The notes: generated by a model from the sequence alone, not told the origin. DNA of 64,000 bases from Candidatus Methanoperedenaceae archaeon GB37 (GCA_905171695.1 LR991653.1:26258-90257); one strand, 5' to 3'. Positions 37,202-48,249 are shown, counted from the first letter of the stretch. Program-made: numbers and translations.

Positions 37202-38418
37202 GGGTTTTGGGACGTAATTATCTCGCCCTGGTTGCAAACAGGTTGTGCCAGAGTCTGATAGCAAATAGAGCCATTTCTATTCTATTTTCTCTTTTTGTTT
37301 GATTAACCATCTAGATCTTCTTTTATCTGCTGAAAAATCTGATTCGCTTGAATTTTTCTTGGAGTATCTCTTTAGAAACTTATAGGGGGCCTCGATAATC
37401 CTTTCTATAACCTTTGGCCAGTCAGATCCTATTCTGGATAGATTTTTCTTTGGAATGAGAGATAAACAGCAGTTTCCTTATCAAATAACTTTAAAGTCTT
37501 TTTTGTGCTGTAATACTTGTCCAGGGAGATAGAATTCGTCTTTACTCCTATCTCTTTGAGCATCTTTATTGCTTTGTTGAATGCATCTTTCTCTGATCTG
37601 TTAGAATAGCCAAGACCAACGTGCATTCCTGTATCAATGTCTATTATCTTGAAAACGTATTTGAAGTCCTTGTCTTTCTTTTTAGGGTTGGTTCTGTAGT
37701 GCTTTGTAACAGTAAGCGAATAACCAGTTCCATCCCATGCAAACTCGCCTGAGATGCCTTCATCTTTGAGTAAAAGAATGAATAGGTTGTGCAGAGCGAG
37801 CTTGACTTCTTCATCTGCAATACTGTCTTTCTATCGTTTTGTAGTTGGCTTTGAGATCAAACAAAGGCTTAAACAACTCCAGTAATTCTTCTACATCCCT
37901 GTTTGATCTGTTCATAAGTCTTGCAAAGAGGAATGGCATAATTCTCTTCTCCAGATCAATTTCCTTTGGTTTGCCAGCTTTTTTCTGAATTCTGATCATT
38001 GCAACGGCTTCCCTAACATATTCTGGAAGCTTTCTCAGTCTTTTCTTAACGAGTTCTCTCTTCTTTTCCATTCAGCATAGGGGTACTTCTTTTTCTTTTC
38101 TCTCCTTGTCTCCTTGACCAGTTCGTCTAAAATATCCAGTAACTCATTAACAAACTTCTTTGTTACTCTAAATTCCAGGTTCATATTCAGATTTTAACCA
38201 AAAAGTATTTAAGTATTTCTATGGATATACTAAAAATATGAGAAAGATTGAAGTGAAGAAAGGCGATTTTGTCCTGAAAGAAGAAGTCGAAGTTGTTTTC
38301 GAGAAAAAAGCCACATCCTTTCGGTAATTCAGCAAAAGTTGATGTACCAAAGAGATATCTGGGATAGAGAGCATAAGTGATCATTGTCAAGGATTAAGAG
38401 ATTTTGTCCCAAAAAGCC
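37202..38418. mobile_element. IS element 'ISx' copy 1: frameshifted DDE transposase (minus strand) and a divergent DUF2080-type small gene (plus strand, also broken)
   Basis: The transposase fragments are 37811..38071 and 37429..37626, plus an upstream MNLEFRVTKK... start near 38180. On the plus strand from 38237, MRKIEVKKGDFVLKEEVEVVFEKKATSF(G)NSAKVDVPKRYLG... resembles transposon-encoded DUF2080/AbrB-like proteins. The imperfect terminal inverted repeats are ggttttgggacgtaat (37202) and the reverse complement of 38398-38418, ggctttttgggacaaaat. Confidence 0.7.
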
Positions 38419-38929
38419 ACTCTTAAGCCTTTAGCTTTGAGCTCTCTCTGCAACTCCTTCCATATTTCTTGTCTTTTCCCGTTCTGATCATTCTTTCTTT
38501 GAATTTCCACAGAGTTGAATAATCTGGAATACTTTCAGGAAAACCAAGGAACTTGCGGAAAGATATTCTCTCAGCAATCTGCCTTTCAATTTCTGGATCT
38601 GATAAACCATACCACTACTGTAAGATGAGAATTTTCATCATAACAACTTCATCTATCTTCGGTCTTCCCCCCTTTCTCTGTAATGCTTCTCTACATTCCC
38701 GCAACAATTGGTCTGAATACTTCCCAATCAATCAGAGCGAATCTGTTTCTACAAGACTATCACCAAGTTTTTTCACCCTTTCCATATTTTTCTCTTAAAA
38801 AATAGTCGATTAAAGACTTCATACACATTTTATGATGAAAAAATTGGTCAATAAAGGTTTCTGCTTTAATTAAGAAGATGTTTGTTAATTTGATGAGGTC
38901 TGGAGGTAAGTGGGTTTTTCAAAGTTCTC
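38419..38929 (-). mobile_element. 5' ~0.5 kb of an IS5-like element, truncated by ISx
   Basis: The reverse-strand outer end is gagaactttgaaaaacccacttacctccagacctcatcaaattaacaaac. The broken transposase N-terminus reads ...WYGLSDPEIERQIAERISFRKFLGFPESIPDYSTLWKFKERM..., the IS5-family pattern. Confidence 0.7.
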
Positions 38930-38939
38930 TTATTATTCT

Positions 38940-39252
38940 TCAACAAACATCTGGAACTCCACCGAGAAAATAATCTATATCTACAATGGCAATCAATACA
39001 CAAACATATCTTGGAAACTGCTGGAGCGACTACAATGGAAGCGATGCTGATGGTTATTGAACTGGGGATGCTGCTTACAGCATAGATGGAGATAAGGATT
39101 ATTATCCGTTGATGGAGCCTTTTGAAAATTATTTTGCACCACTAGTTCTAATTGCAGTTCCTACTCTAACTCCACTTGGATTAGTGACTTTGATAGTGTT
39201 GCTAAGCCTTTTTATTGCAGTCAGTGCAGTCCAAAGAGGGAACTATGGCTAA
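38940..39252 (+). pseudogene. 3' remnant of a secreted beta-helix (NosD-like repeat) surface protein with a VPXXXP-CTERM-like sorting tail
   Basis: Across a frameshift and an in-frame TGA it reads NIWNSTEKIIYIYNGNQYTN / LGNCWSDYNGSDADGY*TGDAAYSIDGDKDYYPLMEPFENY, then AVPTLTPLGLVTLIVLLSLFIAVSAVQRG (VPxxxP + TM + basic). The 5' part was removed at the IS5-like end. Confidence 0.55.
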
Positions 39253-39500
39253 AGGATGCCTTGGGATTTATTGCGATGGTGGAATGGTTGGGGCTTCTTT
39301 ATTTAGCTATGGTGTTTAATTTAAACGGAAGTTTTTATCTAAATGGGTAACATAAATGCAAAAATGAATGGAGATTGTCGGAAAGGCACCAATAATTGAA
39401 ACGTTGAGTGAAGTTTAACTCAGTAAATCGCTATGCACTGCCAAATATTGGGTCTGGTTGAGATGCCTCAGAATATCGACTTTTCTGACGCTCTTGAATC

Positions 39501-41051
39501 TCATCTCAGTAACTCCTTTCTGTGTAGCAACCTGCTGTAGCTGATCGCAAACCTGTGTGCCTCGTCCCTTATCTCTTGTATCAGCTTTAGTGCTTTGCTC
39601 TTCTTTGGAAGTCTCAGTGGAGACGTCGATCCCGGGAGGTAGATCTCTTCGAGCCTCTTTGCAATGGAGATGATGGGGATCTCGAGACCGAGCCTCTTCA
39701 ACTCGGTATCTGCAGAGTTTAACTGTCCTCTGCCGCCATCGATTATGATCAGGTCGGGGAGATCTGAGTCTTCCCTGAGAAGCCTCGTGTACCGTCTCCT
39801 GACAACTTCGGCAATCGCTCGTGTATCATCTATGCCTTTGACCGTTCTGATCTTGAATCGTCTGTAATTATTTTTATCTGGTTTTGCATCTCTGAACCTG
39901 ACCATCGATCCCACGGTCGACGTTCCTGAGATATGTGATATGTCGAAGCACTCGATCACGATCGGGGTTTTTGTCAGGTGGAGTTTACGCTTGAGGTCTT
40001 CAAGTCTTTCAATCTCGGAGAAGAACGATGCTTCGATGTTCTTCATGACGAGATCCAGGAGTTGCTTCTTCTCTCCGATCTTTGGCACCCTGACAGATAC
40101 TTTACCTCCTCTTTTCACCTTTAGAAATGAGATTAGCGAATTATCGATCTCGTGTGGGAGTATTATCTCTGAAGGTACGATATTCTCGGAGTAGTACTGG
40201 ACGAGAAACTCTTCGAGGAACTTATCGCTCCAATCGAACTCGAACTCCTGTTTGTTTTCAAGGGTGCCTTTGTAGACGTTGAAGAGGATGAGATAGACTC
40301 TCCCGTTCTTTATGGTGTAATTGATTATATCTTCATCGTATCTTTTCGAGAGCTGCATCTTCTGTTTCTCTTTCAGCCATTCGATCGCTTCAATCTGGTT
40401 GCGCAATCTGATGGCACGCTCAAAGTCGAGTTCTGCTGATGCCTCTGAGATCTCACGTTTTATGGATCTAACAAGTTCGTCTGTCCTTCCCTTGAGGACG
40501 AGCTCGACCGCCTTCATCTTCTCAGAATACTCGGCTCTGTCGATCTTTCCAGCGCATGGTGCTTGGCACAGGTTGATATGATGCCTCAAACACGGTTTTT
40601 TCTGCATTTTTTTGCATGTTCTGACTTGAAATGTCTTATTCAATGTTGAGAGGATATAGTCGCGTGTTGCAGCCGAGACGAACGGTCCGAAGAACTTGCC
40701 AGTGCCAGATCTCCTCCTCGCAACGAGCAGTCGTGGAAACTCCTCGTCTGTGAGTTCTATATAGGCATATCTCTTTGAATCCTTGAGATCGATGTTATAC
40801 TTCGGTTTCTTCTTCTTTATGAGGTTGTTTTCAAGGATCAATGCCTCAACTTCGTTGTCAGTCACGATGAAATCGAGAGAATCGATCCTCTGCACCATTG
40901 CCTCAGTCTTCGGGTCGAGATCGTTCCTCTGAAAGTAGCTCTTCACCCTTTTTCTCAGATTCTTGGCTTTTCCAACGTAGATTACCCTCTCAGAATCGTC
41001 TTTGAATAGATAGCATCCCGGGGCATCAGGTATGTTATCGAAATCGATCAT
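39501..41051 (-). CDS. uvrC: Excinuclease ABC subunit C
   Basis: The 516-aa product has a GIY-YIG motif (PGCYLFKDDSERVIYVGKAKNLRKRVKSYF), a UVR domain and an endonuclease domain ending ...RDEAHRFAISY. No (HhH)2 region is visible. Confidence 0.9.
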   Translation of the reverse strand: MIDFDNIPDAPGCYLFKDDSERVIYVGKAKNLRKRVKSYFQRNDLDPKTEAMVQRIDSLDFIVTDNEVEALILENNLIKKKKPKYNIDLKDSKRYAYIELTDEEFPRLLVARRRSGTGKFFGPFVSAATRDYILSTLNKTFQVRTCKKMQKKPCLRHHINLCQAPCAGKIDRAEYSEKMKAVELVLKGRTDELVRSIKREISEASAELDFERAIRLRNQIEAIEWLKEKQKMQLSKRYDEDIINYTIKNGRVYLILFNVYKGTLENKQEFEFDWSDKFLEEFLVQYYSENIVPSEIILPHEIDNSLISFLKVKRGGKVSVRVPKIGEKKQLLDLVMKNIEASFFSEIERLEDLKRKLHLTKTPIVIECFDISHISGTSTVGSMVRFRDAKPDKNNYRRFKIRTVKGIDDTRAIAEVVRRRYTRLLREDSDLPDLIIIDGGRGQLNSADTELKRLGLEIPIISIAKRLEEIYLPGSTSPLRLPKKSKALKLIQEIRDEAHRFAISYSRLLHRKELLR

Positions 41052-43855
41052 TTCAGAACCTTTCTAAGGAATTTACCAGTATAACTCTTCTCGTTCAGAG
41101 CGATCTTCTCAGGCGTCCCAGAGGCAACGAGGAATCCGCCGTCGTCACCACCCTCTGGACCGAGATCGATTATATAATCCGCCGATTTGATCACGTCCAG
41201 ATTATGCTCGATGAGAACGACAGTATTTCCCATCTCCACGAGATCGTTCAACACCCCTATCAACTTCCTGACATCATGGAAATGGAGTCCTGTGGTTGGC
41301 TCGTCGAGGATGTACAACGTCTTTCCAGTGGCTCTCTTCGAGAGCTCCCTTGTGAGCTTGATTCTCTGCGCCTCTCCACCTGAGAGGGTGGTGGACCGCT
41401 GCCCGAGCCTGATATAACCGAGTCCCACCCTCTTCAGCACCTCAAGCTTCTCTCTTATCGCAGGAATATTCCCGAAGAGGTCGATTGCCTCAAGAACGGT
41501 CATATCAAGGACATCTGCAATCGATCTCCCTTTATACTTGATCGCCAGTGTCTCTCTGTTGTACCGCTTCCCATTGCACTCCTCGCACTCCACATAGACG
41601 TCAGGCAGGAAGTTCATCTCGATCTTGATCACGCCATCCCCCCTGCATGCCTCGCACCTCCCGCCCCTCAGATTGAACGAGAACCTGCCAGGCTTGAACC
41701 CCTTCACCTTCGCATCCCGCGTCTCTGAGAAGACCTTTCTTATCTCATCAAAGACCTTTGTGTACGTCGCGGGATTGCTTCTCGGAGTCCTTCCTATCGG
41801 GCTCTGGTCGATCACGATCACCCTGTCAATCTCCCCTCCCAGGACGATCTCATCGTGAAGCCCTGCTCTCACCTTTGAACCATAGAGTCTCTGCATCATC
41901 CCCTTGTAGAGTATCTCATGGACCAATGTGGACTTGCCGCTCCCTGAGACACCTGTGACCACTGTAAAGACTCCTATCGGTATATTCACGTCTATATTCT
42001 TGAGATTGTTCTCCCTGCACCCTTTAAGCTGGATAAATCTGCTGGACTTTCTCCTTCTCTCTGGAAGTGGTATCTCTAACTCTCCTGAGAGGTATCTTCC
42101 TGTGAGCGAGTTCGGGTTCTCTTCGATCTCCTCTGGCGTTCCTTCTGCAACGACGTACCCACCCTCAACCCCAGCGCCAGGGCCCATATCAACGACATAA
42201 TCTGCTCGTCGGATCGTCTCTTCATCATGCTCCACAACGACGAGCGTGTTGCCGATGTCACGCAGCCTGTGGAGCGTGTCGATCAGCTTCTGGTTGTCTC
42301 TCTGGTGCAGACCGATCGATGGCTCATCCAGAATATAGAGCACGCCCATCAGGTTAGATCCTATCTGGGTTGCAAGCCTTATCCTCTGGGCTTCACCACC
42401 TGAAAGCGTGCCTGTTGCTCTTGAAAGCGTAAGATAACCAAGACCGACTTTTTGAAGGAAATCAAGCCTGTCCTGTATCTCTTTTAAAACCTGTCCCGCA
42501 ATCTCAACCTCTCTCTCAGTTAGATCGATCCCTCTTATGAACTCTATGCACCTGTCAATCGACATATCTGTAATATCAATGATCGATCTCCCCCTGATAG
42601 TGACCGCCAGAACCTTCTCTTTCAATCGTTTTCCATGACAGTGAAGGCATGGGGAGACCCTCATGAATCGCTCCAGCTCGCGTCGCCTGTACTCAGACTT
42701 GGTCTCCCGATACAATCGTTCTGCCTGGGGCAGGAGCCCCTCCCACTCCCTCGTATGAGACCACCTCGCATCTCCATCCTTCATAGATATACTGAACCTG
42801 ATCTGCTCATCCGATCCATACATCAAGACATGGTACTGTTCCCTCGTAAGCTCCTCTATCGGCGTGAAGATATCGAACCCGAAGTGCCTTGCAACAGCAG
42901 CAACATACTGCTTTCGCCATCCATCTACCGCATTTCTATAGATTGCAAGCGCGCCATCAGCGATGCATTTACTCTTATCAGGTATTATCAGGTCAGGGTC
43001 AAACTCCATTCTGATCCCGAGCCCATCGCATGCCGGACACGCGCCAAACGGGCTGTTGAAAGAGAACATTCTCGGCTGCAGCTCTTCAAACGATATGCCG
43101 CAGATCGGACAAGCCATGCTTGCTGAATAAACGTGCTCCGCCCCGTCCTCGTCAAGAACGATCACAAGCCCGCCTGACCTCTCAAGCGCACTCTCCACTG
43201 CCTCGGATAGTCGTGATCTATCCCTCGTATCCAGTCTGTCAATAACGATCTCTATATCGTGTTTCTTATACCGTTCAAGCTCTATCTTCTCATCTGTTCG
43301 ATGTAACTCTCGGTTGATCCGCACCCTCGTGTACCCTTCCTTATAGAGGTCTGATATAAGCCTCTCATACGTTCCCTTCTTCTGCCTGACGATGGGAGCG
43401 AGTACGATTATCGATCCCTGAATCTCCTCAGCGATCCTCTCAGATATCTTCTCAGGCGACTGAGAAACGATCTCGATACCGTGTCTCGGACAGTGCGGTA
43501 CCCCTATCCTTGCAAAGAGCAGTCTCAGATAATCATAGATCTCAGTAACAGTCCCAACCGTGCTCCTCGGATTCTTACTCGTTCGCCTCTGCTCAATCGC
43601 GATAGCAGGCGAGATCCCTTCAATACTATCGAGATCCGGCTTATTCATAACGCCCAGAAACTGCCTCGCATAAGCAGAGAGCGACTCAACATACCTCCTC
43701 TGCCCCTCCGCATAGAGCGTATCAAACGCCAGAGTCGACTTACCACTCCCAGAAAGACCCGTTATCACTATAAACCGATCTCTCGGAAGCACAAGATCTA
43801 TATTCTTCAAATTGTGCTCTCTCGCCCCTTTAATAATTATACTCTTCATCGACAC
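41048..43855 (-). CDS. uvrA: Excinuclease ABC subunit A
   Basis: The 935-aa product has two ABC modules (GLSGSGKSTL, GVSGSGKSTL, LSGGEAQR twice) and zinc-finger cysteines. Confidence 0.95.
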   Translation of the reverse strand: MSMKSIIIKGAREHNLKNIDLVLPRDRFIVITGLSGSGKSTLAFDTLYAEGQRRYVESLSAYARQFLGVMNKPDLDSIEGISPAIAIEQRRTSKNPRSTVGTVTEIYDYLRLLFARIGVPHCPRHGIEIVSQSPEKISERIAEEIQGSIIVLAPIVRQKKGTYERLISDLYKEGYTRVRINRELHRTDEKIELERYKKHDIEIVIDRLDTRDRSRLSEAVESALERSGGLVIVLDEDGAEHVYSASMACPICGISFEELQPRMFSFNSPFGACPACDGLGIRMEFDPDLIIPDKSKCIADGALAIYRNAVDGWRKQYVAAVARHFGFDIFTPIEELTREQYHVLMYGSDEQIRFSISMKDGDARWSHTREWEGLLPQAERLYRETKSEYRRRELERFMRVSPCLHCHGKRLKEKVLAVTIRGRSIIDITDMSIDRCIEFIRGIDLTEREVEIAGQVLKEIQDRLDFLQKVGLGYLTLSRATGTLSGGEAQRIRLATQIGSNLMGVLYILDEPSIGLHQRDNQKLIDTLHRLRDIGNTLVVVEHDEETIRRADYVVDMGPGAGVEGGYVVAEGTPEEIEENPNSLTGRYLSGELEIPLPERRRKSSRFIQLKGCRENNLKNIDVNIPIGVFTVVTGVSGSGKSTLVHEILYKGMMQRLYGSKVRAGLHDEIVLGGEIDRVIVIDQSPIGRTPRSNPATYTKVFDEIRKVFSETRDAKVKGFKPGRFSFNLRGGRCEACRGDGVIKIEMNFLPDVYVECEECNGKRYNRETLAIKYKGRSIADVLDMTVLEAIDLFGNIPAIREKLEVLKRVGLGYIRLGQRSTTLSGGEAQRIKLTRELSKRATGKTLYILDEPTTGLHFHDVRKLIGVLNDLVEMGNTVVLIEHNLDVIKSADYIIDLGPEGGDDGGFLVASGTPEKIALNEKSYTGKFLRKVLK

Positions 43856-44013
43856 TGAAGATTGTAAGATCGATGAAAATAGTTATATCTTGCTCTCGCG
43901 GCCTCTAGCTCACGGTTTCAACCCAACGTACCAAGAATCCTCTTCTGAGAATGGTTAGATTGGAAAGAATAAGAAAGATTAATCTGGCATGTAGTGTTGT
44001 GAGGTTCGTTTAC

Positions 44014-45012
44014 ATGAAGAAGCTCACGTATGCTATGAGCGGTGTGGATATACTGGAAGAGAAGAAGGCAGTCTCAGCTCTTGTAGATAGGATTACGTAT
44101 ACTCGGAAGGGCGCTGGCACACCGATCACCAGAATCGGTCATTACGCCGGGCTTATTGAGTTTGGAGAGTATGTCTTGGCACTCACAAGTGACGGAGTCG
44201 GCTCGAAGATCCTTGTTGCAGATGCACTCCAGAAATGGGACACCATAGGGATCGACTGTGTAGCGATGAACGTGAACGATCTCCTTGCCATGGGTGTCGA
44301 GCCTGTCGCCTTCAGTGATTATATAGCGATCGATCACCCATCCGTTGAGAGGATGGAACAGATCGGAGCCGGACTGGAGCGCGGTGCAGAACTCTCCAAC
44401 ATCACAATCGTTGGTGGCGAGACCGCAACCCTACCTGAGATAGTTCGTGGTTTCGACCTTGCAGGCACCTGCCTTGGGATCGCTCTGCGCAACCGTGTCA
44501 TCACCGGCGAGAAAATAGAGGTTGGCGATCTCCTCATAGGTCTTCCAAGCACCGGGCTCCACAGCAATGGCTACACTCTTGCGCGGAAGATAATTGAAGA
44601 ATCAGACTACACATATCATGATCCCCTCCCCAAAGGATCAGGCAAGACGATAGGCGAGGCACTGCTCGAACCCACCAAGATCTACATCGAAATACTCAAC
44701 GTGCTCGAGAATGTTGATGCACATGGCCTTGCACACATCACAGGAGGCGGCCTCCTCAAGCTCCACAGGCTCACAGAACACGGCTTCAACATCTCAAACC
44801 CAATCAAGCCGCAGCCAATATTCGAGTTCTTACAGAACCTAGGGTCTGTTGAGAACGACGAGATGTACCGAACCTTCAACATGGGCATGGGCTTCCTCAT
44901 CGTAGTCCCTGAAGACGATGCCCCCATTACCCTCAGACTCAAAGGTGCTCAAATCGTTGGAGAGGTCGTTAAAAACGGCATCAGCATCAAAGGTCTCGAG
45001 CTAGAACCCTAA
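44014..45012 (+). CDS. purM: Phosphoribosylformylglycinamidine cyclo-ligase (AIR synthase)
   Basis: This is ORF 43951..45012 trimmed to MKKLTYAMSGVDI.... The motifs are ...SDGVGSKILVA...IDCVAMNVNDLLAMG...GGETA. Confidence 0.9.
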   Translation: MKKLTYAMSGVDILEEKKAVSALVDRITYTRKGAGTPITRIGHYAGLIEFGEYVLALTSDGVGSKILVADALQKWDTIGIDCVAMNVNDLLAMGVEPVAFSDYIAIDHPSVERMEQIGAGLERGAELSNITIVGGETATLPEIVRGFDLAGTCLGIALRNRVITGEKIEVGDLLIGLPSTGLHSNGYTLARKIIEESDYTYHDPLPKGSGKTIGEALLEPTKIYIEILNVLENVDAHGLAHITGGGLLKLHRLTEHGFNISNPIKPQPIFEFLQNLGSVENDEMYRTFNMGMGFLIVVPEDDAPITLRLKGAQIVGEVVKNGISIKGLELEP

Positions 45013-45069
45013 ACCCCAGCATAGCTCTCTCCCAAGAGACATTAGAACAACAATATCAGGCAAAATACT

Positions 45070-45113
45070 GAGAACTTTGAAAAACCCACCCACCTCCAGA
45101 CCTCATCAAATTA
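45070..45113 (+). mobile_element. 44-bp terminal stub of the IS5-like element
   Basis: The string gagaactttgaaaaacccacccacctccagacctcatcaaatta matches the outer ends at 38929 and 48557. It is followed immediately by IS630-type sequence at a TA dinucleotide. Confidence 0.65.
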
Positions 45114-46065
45114 TAGTTCATCCCTAAAATAACTTCACCCCCAGATATTAATATTCTTCATGCTAAAACACCTTATAAAGGAAGAACTGAAAGAGAGATG
45201 CAGAAAAGAAAGAGACCCAAGAGTAAAGGAGAGATTGCTTGCAATACTGCTTTTGTATGATGGAAAGAACATATATGAAGTCTCAGAAATCATAAGGAGG
45301 TCTGAGAGGAGAGTAAAGGAATGGCTGAAAAGATGGAACAGAAAGTGTTATGAGGGAATCATGCCAGAGACGCGTAAAAGAGGCAGGAAACCAAAGATCT
45401 TCAGTGAAGAATGGGATAAGATTCTCAAGGAGATAGAAGGTAAAGCGATGACTTTAAAGGAGGTCACAGTTTACGTCAAGACTACAAGAGGTGTGGAATA
45501 TGCATACAAAATAGTCTGGACCATTCTGAGAAGGAAGAAGAAAGTTAAGTACGGTAAATGCTGCTTATTTCATAAACAGCTCTTGACTACACAGTAACCA
45601 ATATCCTACATCCAGAATGAGAAGAGACCAGAGAATGCAGAAGAAACTCTAAAAAAGAGTAGATGATTGTTTATCAAATGTTAAGAATCCTATCATAGGA
45701 TTTCTGGATGAAAGCTCTATTCGACTAAATCCTAACAAAAGGAGGGTCATAAACACACCAATTGTTAGATACAGGGAAAGAAAGAGGAGATCAAAGTTAA
45801 TTTCTGGCTTTATAGCTTTGAATGGGAGTGATGCTGTAATGCTATCAGATTCCTGCAAATCAGATAAGATGATAGCTTTCCTTGAACTCATAAGAAAGCA
45901 AAATCCAGAAAGGCCATTATGCATTGTACTGGACATAGGGTCTCTTTCATCTGAATCCATAATAAGTTTAGATAAGCACTAAAACATTTCCATGTTTTTA
46001 TTTTAATTTCCAGTAAGGTGTGATTCAAAAATAACAAGGGAAACTACTTAAATCAAGAATTGAGT
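45114..46065 (+). mobile_element. IS630-family element (type B), 5' part; transposase degraded
   Basis: ORF 45160..45597 reads ...RVKERLLAILLLYDGKNIYEVSEIIRRSERRVKEWLKRWNRKCYEGIMPETRKRGRKPKI (HTH region). Downstream, plus-strand frames read LDESSIRLNPNKRRVINTP...ALNGSD.... The strand opposite to ORF 45649..45960 is the real one. Confidence 0.65.
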
Positions 46066-46074
46066 GTTAAAAAT

Positions 46075-47085
46075 GTGCTGTGTTGAACAATTGGCTGGAT
46101 GGGGTATATCTTCAGGTAATTGTTTCTCTGAGAATGTAGGCTTAAACACTTATGAGCATGTTGTAGAAGATGAATTTCATCTTTACTTCTTGAAATAAAG
46201 CTTCTGTAGATCTTGCTCTGCATGTCTCTCCAAATACTCTTTTAACACCAGAGAAGAAACTCTCTGTTGTCCATCTGCAGCCATACCTGTATTTATCTTT
46301 CCATCTTTCATGACCTAACTCTTTGAGTTCTCTTACTCTCTTAGCTCTGGATGGAGAGCCTCTTGACTTAGTTGAAGAGTTACTTCTTATCTTGATCACT
46401 GGTTCTACATTATTTTCAGCAAGATAATTGAAATTCTCTCTGCTATCATAACCTCCATCACCATATACCCTAGTTATCTCTCCACCTCTTCCTTTAATTT
46501 GCTTTACCAGAGGTTTTAACATCTTTCCATCACCTGTTCTTTCATCTGTTATCTTTAAGGCTAAGAGTTTCCTTGTTTTAACGTCTATAGCAATATGAAC
46601 CTTAATCCAACCCTTTCTCGTCTTTCCATTTATGTCTGATCCACTCTCCTCTATTCGTTATCTTCATACCAGACGAATCTATTGCAACTACAAGATCTTC
46701 TCCAAGATTACTAGAGAGTTCAAAGTCTAGTTTCCTCAACCTCTTACAAACAGTGGAATAATCAGCTACCTTTAACTCAGGTATATATTCTGATAATTTC
46801 CTCAAAAATCCTTCCATTTGTCTTAATGGAAGGAAAGCTACATGCAAGAAAGCTAGAAAACACATAAAGGTTCGAGGAAACCTGAAAGGTCTGCCAACCT
46901 TCCCCTCATTCATCCTATTTAATTCTTCATCCCAGTTCTCAAGGAAATCCAATGAGATATAGAGTTCTCCCCTCCGCACAAGTTTTTCATTATATTCCTT
47001 CCAATTTCTCTTACTCTGCATCCCAATCATCCCTCCTGCAAATGAGAAATACAGGAAGGAAACTTAAAAGTTATTCAACACAGCA
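46075..47085 (-). mobile_element. IS5-family element (1011 bp) with terminal inverted repeats, a 9-bp target duplication and a single frameshift in the transposase
   Basis: The direct repeat TTAAAAATG lies at 46066-46074 and 47086-47094. The inverted repeats are tgctgtgttgaa (46075-) and ttcaacacagca (-47085). ORFs 46602..47030 and 46142..46522 join as ...HKWKDEKG/WIKVHIAIDVKTRKLL... after a one-base shift near 46600-46610. Confidence 0.8.
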
Positions 47086-47130
47086 TTAAAAATGGAAAAA
47101 TTTAAAAACAGACTTATTTAATTAGTTTTC

Positions 47131-48046
47131 ATGATTTTGAGAAGTGTGGTGGAGAAGATCAGCAGTGGAGAGATGGAAGAAGATGAATTTTGGTTTGTAG
47201 CTTTAGAGTTTGCTGAGGTTGTTGTGGAGAGAGCGAGATGGATGTTCAAGATGAAAGAGACGTGTGACGACTATATCATAGAATATTATATTGTTGAGAT
47301 TATGAGGTTCTTCTTTGGGTTCTCTCCGATTCTCTTTTACGCATTTCTGAGAGACCACATGGAGTTGAGAGACTTTTTAAACCTTAAAGGTGCTTAAATC
47401 ATTCTCAGATTACGAAGATTTCAGGAAGAAATCACACAGGACAAAAGTAAGGATAGACAATATAATAAAAAGGAATGTTAAAGAAGAAGCAGACGAGATC
47501 TATGGGCTGGAGACCACAGTTGTAACAATAGTGGATTTAAACAGGCTTAGGAAAGGGAAAAAGATGATAAAGGATGGATTTTTTGATGCAGAATTCTGCC
47601 ATGATTCTCTTAGAGGTTCTGAAGTAGGCTATATTGTCTGCACACTCTGATAAATCTCACGAATTTCTCGGTTGTTGAAGAACGAACCAAAGAAGGAAAT
47701 CTGGGAAGAGATAGTAATATCAAATCTGAGAACTCAAAATGGGAAAATAAAGGTTATCATGGCTGATGCTGGATTCTTCGCCTACAATAATATTCTGTTA
47801 CCTCTTAACCTCAGAACAATTCCTCTAATAAAAGTGAAAAGTAACATAGATGTAAAAAAGCTTAAAAAGAGAATTGAAAATCATCCAGCAAACCTATTCT
47901 GGCTTGACAGCAGATATAACAAGAATCTATCAAGCTTACTTAAAGATTTCAGTTACGCAATAAAACAAACAGTGGAAGGGATTAACAAATACGAAAAATT
48001 CACTGAAACAAGAAGCAGAATAGAATCTTTCTTCAAAATAGCATAA
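47131..48046 (+). pseudogene. DDE transposase (IS4-like) split into three consecutive ORFs
   Basis: ORFs 47131..47397, 47390..47650 and 47672..48046 are collinear. The last contains ...KVIMADAGFFAYNN...TRSRIESFFKIA, typical of DDE transposase C-termini. The family call is tentative. Confidence 0.5.
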
Positions 48047-48249
48047 GGCAATCTTCAGTTTGAAAGACTCGCATCTCTATTACCACAAACATGCAATTAC
48101 AGAAATAAAAACGATCTCCTATGCTACACAATTGTTCTGTCAGTTCTACTTGAAGAATAGAATAAACATGGAAAGATTTATTGAAAAAATCAAGAGAAGA
48201 AAACTCTAATACTAATTACACTTTACTCGAATTCTTTAATTTCTATAAT

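Noticed and set aside
39058-39060. The in-frame TGA in the beta-helix surface-protein remnant, considered as a possible selenocysteine codon.
   Set aside because: The same remnant also carries a frameshift and lacks its whole 5' part. A Gly/Asp is expected at that position of the repeat (DADGDG). It is a pseudogene lesion.
39260-41051. UvrC appears to lack the C-terminal (HhH)2 domain, and no uvrB is adjacent. This was considered as a truncated or unusual NER system.
   Set aside because: I cannot verify typical archaeal UvrC lengths from memory. The ORF ends cleanly after the endonuclease domain, and the downstream 240 bp show no HhH-like frame. uvrB may simply be encoded elsewhere, so the evidence is insufficient for a claim.
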